This document shows positions 27,313-35,779 of a stretch of DNA of 39,041 nucleotides, piece after piece. Each line of letters begins with the position of its first letter. Position 1 is the first letter of the stretch. Origin of the DNA: a virus (taxonomy: Duplodnaviria > Heunggongvirae > Uroviricota > Caudoviricetes). The notes beneath the pieces were generated by a model. The model did not search any database and was not told where the DNA came from. It worked only from the letters and a program-made list of their open reading frames with translations. The translations under genes were made by a program, and so were the position numbers. The stretch spans positions 128,001 to 167,041 of the IMG/VR virus record IMGVR_UViG_3300038379_000173; one strand, 5' to 3'.

Positions 27313-27550
27313 CATTCGCCCAGTCTTTGAAGATGGTGTAATCTTTGGGCTTACAATAGTAACACGCGACATTGGCTCAAGTGTTGAGATAGAAAATAGT
27401 GGAGCGCGCAATCATACATATAACTCAATTGTTTGGTTTGAAACTCTAGAGTTAGATAACCCCCTAAGTAAAGCCGAGCAGATGGGAATCGCTGACCAAT
27501 TGGAATGTATTGCAAAGCAAATCCGCGCAGGACTGGAGACTGGAGATTAA
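27278..27550 (+). CDS. Hypothetical protein
   Basis: GGGGAG RBS; ORF track. Confidence 0.55.
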   Translation: MGSSGAESKRIDIRPVFEDGVIFGLTIVTRDIGSSVEIENSGARNHTYNSIVWFETLELDNPLSKAEQMGIADQLECIAKQIRAGLETGD

Positions 27551-27824
27551 GATGTACAAGGTTTTTGCCGGCGATTGGTATTATCCATCCGGCGGATGGA
27601 ACGATTGGGTTGGTAGTTTCGCTACGCTCGATGCAGCGGATAAATTTACCATCTATTACAAGTGTCAATGCGTTTAAGAAACATTGAGCTAAATACTCAT
27701 TGTTTCTATCATGCCGGCGGAGGTAGTAGTTTTTAACTATCAGTGTCGGTTATCTCCAAGTGCTATCTTCGCCTGCTCCAAACGCTTCTTTTACACAATG
27801 ATTCGCCACTACACGGAGTGCTCG

Positions 27825-28019
27825 ATGAGCAGTGTTGCTAAGCCTTTCCCCGATTGGTTCTCTCGTCGCAACAAGGGTCCCGAGGCTTACCACGCGTGGC
27901 GTGAGCGGCGGGATAGGTTGGGCACCAATTGGTGCGACCCGCCAAAGCATACTCGGCCAGTGTTTTTTGAGGGCCCAGATGGGGAACCTACATTTGCGTG
28001 GTGGGTTAATCGTTCTTAA
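27825..28019 (+). CDS. Hypothetical protein
   Basis: GGAG RBS before MSSVAKPFPDWF. Confidence 0.5.
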   Translation: MSSVAKPFPDWFSRRNKGPEAYHAWRERRDRLGTNWCDPPKHTRPVFFEGPDGEPTFAWWVNRS

Positions 28020-28196
28020 CAAGGGTGTGCCACTACCCATTACTGTGGCTTTGGCGGTCTAGGACGCTGAGTAAGCCGCCGAAAAACACGGCGTACGGTA
28101 TATCTAAATGTCTATTGTTAGGTATACCTAAAATCAAATAGATTGCACGGGTCGGCCAAGCATTATCAGTGGTCGAAAATACAAGGGTAGATTGAA

Positions 28197-28628
28197 ATGA
28201 AAGTTGTCATCCTTAGTGGTATTCCCGGTAGCGGCAAAAGTACCTATGCTGCCTCTTTGGGAGCTACCATCTGTAGCGCAGATGACTATATGATTGATTG
28301 GCATGGTAAGTATCATTTTGATGCTGCCAACTTGGGACGATGCCACGCCCTTTGTATGCGACATTTCGTCAATCATTGTGTGACGTGGAAATCATCGCTT
28401 ATTGTTGTTGATAATACCAATCTTGCTGCCGCTGAAATCTCTCCATACGCTCTGGTCGCTACTGCCTTTGATTACTCCGTAGAGATTCATCGTATTTACT
28501 GTGACCCGTCTGTCGCGTTCGCACGCCAAACTCATGGAGTACCCAAGGCCGCCCACGATAGAATGGCCGCCGCGTTCGCTAAGCACGACGTGATGCCGTG
28601 GTGGAACGTTGTCGAGGTTGGTAAGTAG
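28197..28628 (+). CDS. P-loop kinase, AAA_33 / polynucleotide-kinase-like
   Basis: Walker A GIPGSGKST, ICSADDY, IVVDNTN, RQTHGVP. Confidence 0.85.
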   Translation: MKVVILSGIPGSGKSTYAASLGATICSADDYMIDWHGKYHFDAANLGRCHALCMRHFVNHCVTWKSSLIVVDNTNLAAAEISPYALVATAFDYSVEIHRIYCDPSVAFARQTHGVPKAAHDRMAAAFAKHDVMPWWNVVEVGK

Positions 28629-28681
28629 GTTCCACGACAAATAAACCGGCTTCTTCCTACCCGCCTACACATTAGGCAATA

Positions 28682-28710
28682 ATGATTCGCCATAGGCGAA
28701 CACGGTAGTG
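28682..28710 (+). repeat. Twin-hairpin element copy 9
   Basis: ATGA TTCGCC-ATA-GGCGAA CAC-GGTA-GTG, ATG at 28718. Confidence 0.9.
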
Positions 28711-29055
28711 TGTGAAAATGCTATACTTTACGCCCCTAGACCTCTATCTTTGGACTCTCGGCATGGTAGCCATTGGGTTTGTTGTAGGGGCGCAAGTATC
28801 TAGATGGATAAGGAAGGGGTAAAAGTGCTACTCTGCCCACATTGTTTATTGTCGGATGAGGAAAAGTGCGAGGCGTGCGGTAAGAATGCCGGCGCAGCCC
28901 TACATACTTGTCCATTCCTAGTGGAAATTAAAGGCGACAGTAGTCTTTGTAACTGCTGTGCCGACTGTAAGAGCGAATGTTAGATGGATATCTAGAATTG
29001 GCAAGTGCTCTAAACGGAAATCGCTATGTGGTAGACGGTTGATATCACTTGAAAC

Positions 29056-29142
29056 GGCTCCGTAGCCCAATGGCCGAGGCGGGGCGCTCAAAACGCCTGA
29101 CGAACTTAAATGTTCATGTGGGTTCGAATCCCACCGGAGTCA
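29056..29142 (+). tRNA. tRNA-Leu (anticodon CAA)
   Basis: GGCTCCG/CGGAGTC acceptor, GGGCG-CTCAAAA-CGCCT anticodon arm, long variable arm, GTGGG-TTCGAAT-CCCAC T arm; CCA not encoded. Confidence 0.92.
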
Positions 29143-29161
29143 TGTCGGTTCGAAGTTGGAA

Positions 29162-29234
29162 GTATCAGTAATTTAACTAGGAAAATCTCGCAGTCAGTAA
29201 CTGCGAAATGTCGGTGCAAGTCCGGCCTGATACA
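29162..29234 (+). tRNA. Atypical tRNA / tRNA-like element D, anticodon undetermined
   Basis: Perfect GTATCAG/CTGATAC acceptor, ATTT/AAAT D stem, T arm GTCGG-TGCAAGT-CCGGC, but extended anticodon arm TCGCAG-TCAGTAA-CTGCGA. Confidence 0.7.
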
Positions 29235-29329
29235 ATGGCTTCCTATATGGTGTAGGTGGCCAATGGCCCCGCTGGGGCGCAGTTTCTTTTGTCAAATAGC
29301 TATCGACCACGCGATAGCGGGAGACCAAA

Positions 29330-29947
29330 ATGTTGAATCTGAATGACTACATCGATGCTATTGCCCTGGCCGAGCCTTCGCGCCAGGAAACCCTCTTGCA
29401 GGCTTTTGCAGCCGTTGAAGTTGGCGGCAAGCCTATCGGACTGGAGGAGCTAAAGAAGCTTTTTAATGAGCGGGCCGAGAACGCTAAGAAGCGCGCGGCC
29501 AATGCCGCTAAGCGTGCCGAACGCGAGAGTCTCAATGCTCGGCTCACTGAGCTTCAGAAGGAGGGCGCGGCCCTTTCTTTCGATTTCTCCGCTCTGACCG
29601 ATTTCGTCGGAAAGGTGGCGGCGGCAAAGGGAGAGGTTGGGCTGACTCTCAAGGACGGCAAGGTTACCATGGAGGTTTTCGGGGTGGCTAGCACTGCTAG
29701 CGCCACTAATGGCGGTGGTAGGCCCAAGAAGGATGCACCCCAGCCGTTTGTTGATTCGAATGGCGAGCGTGTCACTGGGCCGCTTACGGATTGGGCTCGG
29801 GCTAACATTAGCCAAGCAGAGCTTGATGCCGCTCCGAAGGTCGGGGGTAAGCTTGCGTCTGGTGCTAAGCTCGTCGAGTATCTGAAGAAGCTTAACTATA
29901 TCGTCGATTCGCCTGTGCCCACGCAACCGCAGGGTGCGACGGAGTAG
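29330..29947 (+). CDS. Hypothetical protein (coiled coil plus GGGRPKK AT-hook-like motif)
   Basis: 205 aa, GGGAG RBS preceded by half element CGC-GATA-GCG (29310-29319). Confidence 0.75.
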   Translation: MLNLNDYIDAIALAEPSRQETLLQAFAAVEVGGKPIGLEELKKLFNERAENAKKRAANAAKRAERESLNARLTELQKEGAALSFDFSALTDFVGKVAAAKGEVGLTLKDGKVTMEVFGVASTASATNGGGRPKKDAPQPFVDSNGERVTGPLTDWARANISQAELDAAPKVGGKLASGAKLVEYLKKLNYIVDSPVPTQPQGATE

Positions 29948-30064
29948 TTGTTTTCCCGCGGCCAATCCTTACTAGTTTGGCTGTAGGTAGCTGCCCATTG
30001 ATAACTAGGGCGGCAAATAGTACGCACGGGAGGGCACAGCGTACCAGGTGTCCTATTTAACACT

Positions 30065-30090
30065 CACTCCGTGTTCCCTAAGGGAATCAT
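30065..30090 (-). repeat. Twin-hairpin element copy 10 (inverted)
   Basis: Minus strand ATGA TTCCC-TTA-GGGAA CAC-GGA-GTG followed by AGTG as in copy 3. Confidence 0.88.
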
Positions 30091-30130
30091 TTGCACTTTT
30101 TCTAATGACGCTTGCAAGTTAAGGAGTTAA

Positions 30131-30385
30131 TTGTCCATGACACTAAGTCTTCTTAATAAATTCCTCACCCTACATAGATTTAGGGCGGTAGAGTGGGACG
30201 GACGAGAACTTATTGCCTACAGAAAAAACTCATCTGGTCTCGAACCTATGTGCTCGGCTGAATTTCCAAGCCACTCAAAAGTACGCAAGGAGATGGAACA
30301 TCTTGAGCGTCGAGTCAAACGACACAAACAATTCTACTATGAAGTAGAACCCATGAGCAATATTCGTTTGGTGGATGGCAGGTAA
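30131..30385 (+). CDS. Hypothetical protein
   Basis: AAGGAG RBS; ORF track. Confidence 0.6.
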   Translation: MSMTLSLLNKFLTLHRFRAVEWDGRELIAYRKNSSGLEPMCSAEFPSHSKVRKEMEHLERRVKRHKQFYYEVEPMSNIRLVDGR

Positions 30386-30519
30386 TGATACGTGCGAGTT
30401 AAGGACTATGGACATTTTACTAGGAGCACTTGCTGGTATTCTACTAGGTTGTTTGGTTGTTTTGGTGATTGCAATTGGATTGTCTCCGCCGCACTAATCT
30501 AAGAAAGAGCGTAACAACA

Positions 30520-30774
30520 ATGGTGCGCCTAGAAAACTGGCGATATAGTATTCGCATGTGTTTTATGCGCGACGAGTGGTGCTTAGGCGGCCAGGTTTTC
30601 GGTCATCCAGAAGTTGGACCTGGAGAGTATCGCTATGTTGGCACGCCGCGTGTGTTTGATAAATCCACCATGACTATTACGACTTGGAGTGGTAGTAAAT
30701 ACGTATTGGGCGAATGTGCGGATGATATCAACAAACAAATCGCCTATATCGAGGAAGATTGCGCGCGTAGTTAA
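30520..30774 (+). CDS. Hypothetical phage protein
   Basis: MVRLENWRY...LGGQVFGHP...ITTWSGSKYVLG. Confidence 0.65.
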   Translation: MVRLENWRYSIRMCFMRDEWCLGGQVFGHPEVGPGEYRYVGTPRVFDKSTMTITTWSGSKYVLGECADDINKQIAYIEEDCARS

Positions 30775-30800
30775 CATCACATAAGGATTTAGAATAGAAT

Positions 30801-30956
30801 ATGAACGACTTCGAAAAACTCATTGCGGCCCTCCCGGCCCACCGTTTGTATGTCGATACTGACGGCGCCCAAGGCGCTCGAATTGAGATGGTGGGCGCAA
30901 ACCTCTGGGGTGCAAATCTCAGGACTAAGGAAGAAGCATTGGCGAGCGGATTTTGA
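30801..30956 (+). pseudogene. Internally deleted pentapeptide-repeat paralog (51 aa, in frame)
   Basis: [40 protein letters not shown] joined to RTKEEALASGF*, i.e. the two ends of gene 34950-35774. Confidence 0.85.
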
Positions 30957-31051
30957 AAAAGGCCAACGAAAAGTTAATAGTATCTAAAAGAGGGTTAAGA
31001 AAACGTTGGCCCCTCGCGAATAGTTAACAAAAAACACAAAAAGGGGCGGTT

Positions 31052-31422
31052 ATGAATCGTCTAGAGCGAGGTCTAAGGGCTGCTACCAACGCGGCCCGCC
31101 TTTTACGAAGCAAAGCAGGTACCAAGTAGGCGCGGCACTTTTTAAGGGTAACCGTCTCCTATCTATCGGTTGGAATCAAAACAAAACCCATACCCGCCAA
31201 CATAGTATTTTTAGGTGGCAGCATGCCGAATTGGCCGCACTAATCGGCACGCGCAAGTGGGACCTTAGGGCGGCCACGTTGTATGTTGTGAGGATTACTA
31301 AGCGCCGCCACGTGCGCATTAGTAGGCCCTGCGAGGATTGCGAGCGCATTCTGCGGGCCGCCGGCCTGCGCCATGTTGTTTACATTGGACGGGACGGAAA
31401 GCCCGCGGAGATGACGTTGTGA
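31052..31422 (+). pseudogene. dCMP/cytidine deaminase-family gene with a frameshift near 31100
   Basis: YQVGAALFKGNRLLSIGWN...HAE...SRPCEDC is in a frame without a start codon; ATG 31052 (MNRLERGLRAATNAARL) is in another frame. Confidence 0.75.
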
Positions 31423-31551
31423 TTACATTAAATTTTGGAGTTAAACCTTCATATTCTACTATAACCGGCCAACGAAAAGTAATAAGAAAAAGCAAAAGGC
31501 GGTTGATAAGGCGTTGGCCGCCGAGCGAACAAAGTGAGCGAGGAGCGAGGA

Positions 31552-31885
31552 ATGACACCCCAAGAAATTTTCAATAAAGTGCGCGACCATCTACTCACAC
31601 AAGGCACTAAATCCTTTTCACCCCATTGTGTGCACTTACCGCGGCAGAAATAACACCAAATGTGCCATTGGATGCCTCATCCCCGATGAGATGTACAAGG
31701 AGGAGATGGAGGGAAAGAGTGCTTTCGGTCTTCATGTTCGATATCCTGAAGTCTCAGCGGCAATAGAATATTTACAATATAGCTCCTTACTTGAGGACTT
31801 ACAAAGGGTCCATGACAACAAGGATGTTAAAGATTGGCCGCAAGCCCTCAATGATGTAGCTATCAAACATGGACTTGAACCGTAA
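31552..31885 (+). pseudogene. Hypothetical phage gene split by a frameshift near 31625
   Basis: MTPQEIFNKVRDHLLTQGTKS (ATG 31552, GAGGAG) continues plausibly only as CTYRGRNNTKCAIGCLIPDE in the next frame. Confidence 0.6.
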
Positions 31886-31893
31886 GGGGTAAC

Positions 31894-32211
31894 ATGATTT
31901 GTACTAAATATAAGAAACTAACGCGCGGCCGGCCATCTTTGGATGTGCCATGTTTGGCTTGTGGGGCTATTTATAGGGAACATGGAAAGACGACATCTCA
32001 AACGTCAATTGTTAATACACCTGTTGTTATTACCCCGCCTATCGCAGTTCTCAAAGCAATTGATGAAGAAGAGAAGGACCCCGGAGTTGTGACGCAACCT
32101 GCTGCGCCCAAGTTTTTTACGCGTAAGACGACCCCAATGTTGCCGCCACTTAGAGAGTCCCTAGTGGCCGCCTTTGATTCTTTGGTGGCCAGGAATGGTA
32201 CGTTTGACTAA
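31894..32211 (+). CDS. Hypothetical protein
   Basis: AAGGGG RBS; ORF track. Confidence 0.6.
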   Translation: MICTKYKKLTRGRPSLDVPCLACGAIYREHGKTTSQTSIVNTPVVITPPIAVLKAIDEEEKDPGVVTQPAAPKFFTRKTTPMLPPLRESLVAAFDSLVARNGTFD

Positions 32212-32612
32212 AGCAATGGAGAAGAAAGTACCAGTGGACCGTATTGTACTCAAACAAACATTCGCCTACCTAACTTCCCTTCCATTTGAAGTAAGGAATG
32301 ACGAATGGGAAAGAGCCATCGAAGACATCCGTAGGATTCTAAGAGACTCGCTGTATGAGTAATAGTCATCTTGCTATTGAGCAATGCTGTGAATATGACC
32401 AATGCGGATGTTTAGTCTGCATTGAACTGCTGAGGCTATATGAACCAGATTGACCACGCGCAAGTAATCACGGCGATGGTTAACGCCATTCTTCATTTGC
32501 CCGCAAAGAACGACGAGGAATTTAAAGACCTTGTCGTGCGCGCAACGTATGAAGCGATTTTGGCGGCCCAACGTTCTAGGCTAGGTGACATCGCAAATCG
32601 ACCGCCTGCCCA

Positions 32613-32804
32613 ATGAAGCTATACACCTTCATTCTCTATATCCCATCTGGCCGCAAAGGTTGGGAGACACGCCCATCTGAAACTATGGAAGTTTGGGCGC
32701 CCGACAAAGCCGCGGCTGAAAATACCCTAGGGGTCTATTTGTCAATTAGGTGTAAGCTGCCGGCCCGCATGGAAATTGTTTCAGTAGAGGAACAAAATGG
32801 TTAA
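32613..32804 (+). CDS. Hypothetical protein
   Basis: ORF track; overlaps next gene. Confidence 0.55.
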   Translation: MKLYTFILYIPSGRKGWETRPSETMEVWAPDKAAAENTLGVYLSIRCKLPARMEIVSVEEQNG

Positions 32805-33093
32805 ATTGTCCTACACAGAATCCACTGTTCGTTTAACTACAGCAAACGACATTGATGATTTTATTTCTTTGGTCTATGGGCGCCCATTTAATTGCCGCGC
32901 AGATTCCGAGTCAGGGAATGACGTATGGCAGAAGTATATAGTAAATGGTATTGTGTTTAAGCACGAGAAAGAACAAATCGACATGTGGAATAAAGACGAT
33001 TGGGGGCTCTACCTACTTTCGTCCCTACTTAATGATTGCGCGGCCCGCAATTTGTTGCCGCATGGCATCTATTTCGTAGATATGAGTTGGTGA
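32797..33093 (+). CDS. Hypothetical protein
   Basis: GAGGA RBS; ORF track. Confidence 0.65.
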   Translation: MVKLSYTESTVRLTTANDIDDFISLVYGRPFNCRADSESGNDVWQKYIVNGIVFKHEKEQIDMWNKDDWGLYLLSSLLNDCAARNLLPHGIYFVDMSW

Positions 33094-33096
33094 TAC

Positions 33097-33657
33097 ATGA
33101 CACATCACTCTGGCAACCCGCAGAATCCCATTCGGACTCTACTTAAAGAACTTTTTAGTTCTGCCCACAATGTTAACTACCATATCTATCCGCAGTATCC
33201 GCAGTATGATGCGGAGCTTGTCCTCGACACGTATAGCCCCATAGAATGTGGCATCTTTGAATTCGAGGCTTTGGCCACCCTATTTGGTGTTCGGCCCTAT
33301 GACATCACGAGAGATGATTGGGTACAAACTACTGCAGGTTGCGATACTTGCGGTCACGGTAGTGATGGCTATGTATCCTTTAGTATTCGAAACCTAAAGA
33401 TGGATGATGCTGCGATTACCAACAATGTTGCGCTAGTCCGAGAAATGATTGGTGTAGACCGAGAGAGGCGGGCCGCTGAGGCGCGAGAAGCACACGAAGC
33501 ATATGAAAAAGCACAAGCTGGCAAAAGGGCTAAGCGTATTGAAGCTCAATTGATGGACAATGAGGATTACGCCCGTTGGCATAATGCCAAGCGCAATATT
33601 ATCAATGTAATTGATACGTTATGGGCGACTATCCGAACCAGCGACAAAAAGCTCTAG
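33097..33657 (+). CDS. Hypothetical protein with GCDTCGHG motif
   Basis: 186 aa ORF in tightly packed run. Confidence 0.7.
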   Translation: MTHHSGNPQNPIRTLLKELFSSAHNVNYHIYPQYPQYDAELVLDTYSPIECGIFEFEALATLFGVRPYDITRDDWVQTTAGCDTCGHGSDGYVSFSIRNLKMDDAAITNNVALVREMIGVDRERRAAEAREAHEAYEKAQAGKRAKRIEAQLMDNEDYARWHNAKRNIINVIDTLWATIRTSDKKL

Positions 33658-33659
33658 CT

Positions 33660-33842
33660 ATGAAAGTAAAGGATGAGCCATTGGCCGCCCTTTGGTTCAA
33701 ACTCTGGGATAATACATACGGCCGCCCAACTAACATCACAAATATTGAAGTTGTCCTAGAGTGGGCAGGCAAAACATCTAACGCCCGTGCACTTGGGCGA
33801 TGGTATCGTGAGAAGGGATTTGAAAATGAAACTGTGGCTTGA
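33660..33842 (+). CDS. Hypothetical protein
   Basis: Fills the gap between neighbours. Confidence 0.5.
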   Translation: MKVKDEPLAALWFKLWDNTYGRPTNITNIEVVLEWAGKTSNARALGRWYREKGFENETVA

Positions 33843-34692
33843 TGATAACCCCATTGATTCTAAACCCACCCCTGGGGGTCGCATCGACCCGTACATTAAA
33901 GTGCGTGCTGGCGTCCTTGCAGGTCAGGTATTCACTCCGCACAAGTGGAGTAAGGACAGGCAGTTTGCGTTTGTGCACAAGGATGGCGTAGAACACCGCA
34001 TCCATAATAAACACTTCGAAACTATCGATGGGGTCTATGTCTATTGGATACCAAGCGAAAAAGGCAAGCGTGAGTTTGTTTGGCGCGGTGCTAGTGGTTT
34101 AGAGGTTAGTGCCCATGTCACTTTCGCTCCATGGAGCGCGCCTGCTTTTCTAGGTGGGCTTCACGAAGAATGGCAAGCGCGGCGTGATTACATCAAGAAT
34201 GTCTTCGAAACTGACGATGCAATTTATATGGGGTCGGCAGTAGAGTTTGTGCGTGAAGTTATTCCGAATGAACAAAGGGTCGTAACCCCACTCATGCAAA
34301 ATCCATGCAAGGAGGTTAATGTAGAAATGAATGACAAAGGTGGCCAAATAGCAGAAAACTGCAAGACAATGATGTCTGCTACACCCAGCGTGCAAAAGCA
34401 TCGCGATGACCTAGCCGCGCACGCTGAGCGAGCTATGAATGACCTTCGGCTTAATACCGAGAGTGTTATGTATGCCGAAAAACTACGACTGATTGCTCGT
34501 ACGCGCAGGGAGCAACAGGCCCGCATGGATTTGGTCGCTCGCGAATGCGAGGCGTTAGGAGCAACGGTCGCAGAATGTGGGCCACCGGCCAACCGCATCC
34601 GCCAATTTATCTTCTATGTTCTCTGTGTTGTCCTGGCCGCCCTGTCGTATGTGGCAGTGGGGGTATGGGCGCTATATCTCTGGGGTAACTAA
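33826..34692 (+). CDS. Hypothetical protein with C-terminal transmembrane helix
   Basis: AAGGGA RBS; ends FIFYVLCVVLAALSYVAVGVWALYLW. Confidence 0.7.
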   Translation: MKLWLDDNPIDSKPTPGGRIDPYIKVRAGVLAGQVFTPHKWSKDRQFAFVHKDGVEHRIHNKHFETIDGVYVYWIPSEKGKREFVWRGASGLEVSAHVTFAPWSAPAFLGGLHEEWQARRDYIKNVFETDDAIYMGSAVEFVREVIPNEQRVVTPLMQNPCKEVNVEMNDKGGQIAENCKTMMSATPSVQKHRDDLAAHAERAMNDLRLNTESVMYAEKLRLIARTRREQQARMDLVARECEALGATVAECGPPANRIRQFIFYVLCVVLAALSYVAVGVWALYLWGN

Positions 34693-34843
34693 ACGGAAAA
34701 TACATGTCCACGACGGCCGAGACATTAAACTACTGGTCAGAACCTTGTGGGTTACTAAGGTAAACCCTCGTAACATTCCTAATGGTTCCTGCGCCATCAC
34801 GGTGGGATAATACTAAATTGTTAATAGGTATTACATCATGGTG

Positions 34844-34936
34844 TTGGCCGGTTAGAACGTTACAGGGGCACAGCGAACTTTTAACTCGCCATGTGCAATC
34901 CTGTGTAACCCGAGGTGCAATTCCTCGGCGGCTAAT
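34844..34936 (+). ncRNA. tRNA-like element E with elongated anticodon-like arm
   Basis: TTGGCCG/CGGCTAA acceptor, CCGAGG-TGCAATT-CCTCGG T arm, no D stem, long bulged helix capped by ACTTTTAAC. Confidence 0.65.
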
Positions 34937-34949
34937 TTGAAAGGAAAAT

Positions 34950-35774
34950 ATGAACGACTTCGAAAAACTCATTGCGGCCCTTCCGGCCAATCGTTTGTAT
35001 GTCGATACTTGCGGCGCCCAAGGCGCTCGAATTGAGATGGTGGGCGCAAACCTCTGGGGCGCAAATCTCAGGGGCGCAGACCTCAGGGGCGTATACCTCA
35101 GTGGCGCAAACCTCTGGGGCGCAAACCTCAGTGGCGCAAACCTCAGGGGCGCAAACCTCTGGGGCGCAAACCTCTGGGGCGCAAACCTCAGTGGCGCAAA
35201 CCTCGAGGGCGCAAACCTCAGGGGCGCAAACCTCAGGGGCGCAAACCTCGCGAACGCAGACCTCGCAGGCGCAAACCTCAGTGGCGCAAACCTCGCGGAC
35301 GCATACCTCAGTGGCGCAAACCTCAGGTGCGCAAAGCTCGAGGGCGCAGACCTCAGGGCTGCAAATCTCGTGGGCGCAAACCTCGGGGACGCATACCTCG
35401 GGGGCGCAAATCTCGACGGCGCAGACCTTTCTAACGCCACTCTCCCAGACTTTCAATTGCCAGAGGGAACGTTGACCGCCTACAAGTTGTGCAACGGTAT
35501 CTTGGTTACCCTCGAAATTCCGGCAGAAGCACGCCGCACTGCTTCGCTTGTCGGGCCCAAATGCCGCGCGGAATTCGCTATCGTGCGCCACGTGGACCAT
35601 CCGTGGAAGGTTGCACGTAGTAGTGCTCAGCGTCCTTATAATACGCCCGAGATTGTCTACACGGAGGGCTCTACCGTTTTCCCGGATTTGTTTAATGACG
35701 ACATTCGCGTAGAGTGTACGCACGGCGTACATTTCTACAGGACCAAGGACGAAGCGTTGGCGAGCAGGTTTTAA
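34950..35774 (+). CDS. Pentapeptide-repeat protein with C-terminal DUF5758-like domain
   Basis: About 26 A(N/D/Y)Lxx repeats encoded by 15-nt tandem units; C-terminal KCRAEFAIV...[10 protein letters not shown]...ECTHGVHFY. Confidence 0.9.
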   Translation: MNDFEKLIAALPANRLYVDTCGAQGARIEMVGANLWGANLRGADLRGVYLSGANLWGANLSGANLRGANLWGANLWGANLSGANLEGANLRGANLRGANLANADLAGANLSGANLADAYLSGANLRCAKLEGADLRAANLVGANLGDAYLGGANLDGADLSNATLPDFQLPEGTLTAYKLCNGILVTLEIPAEARRTASLVGPKCRAEFAIVRHVDHPWKVARSSAQRPYNTPEIVYTEGSTVFPDLFNDDIRVECTHGVHFYRTKDEALASRF

Positions 35775-35779
35775 GTAGC

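Noticed and set aside
28020-28130. Hammerhead ribozyme (CTGAGTA...GAAA among hairpins)
   Set aside because: Core should be CTGANGA with correctly placed stems; here it is CTGAGTA and the helices do not fit. Left as unexplained hairpins
20592-30090. CRISPR array formed by the twin-hairpin repeats
   Set aside because: Spacing ranges from about 80 nt to over 2 kb, intervals hold whole genes, repeat sequence varies, and no cas genes are present
35041-35430. 15-nt tandem repeat as a separate non-coding repeat, and overlapping ORFs 34730-35440, 34932-35828, 34972-35475
   Set aside because: It is the coding sequence of the pentapeptide repeats; the other frames are open only because the repeat lacks stop codons
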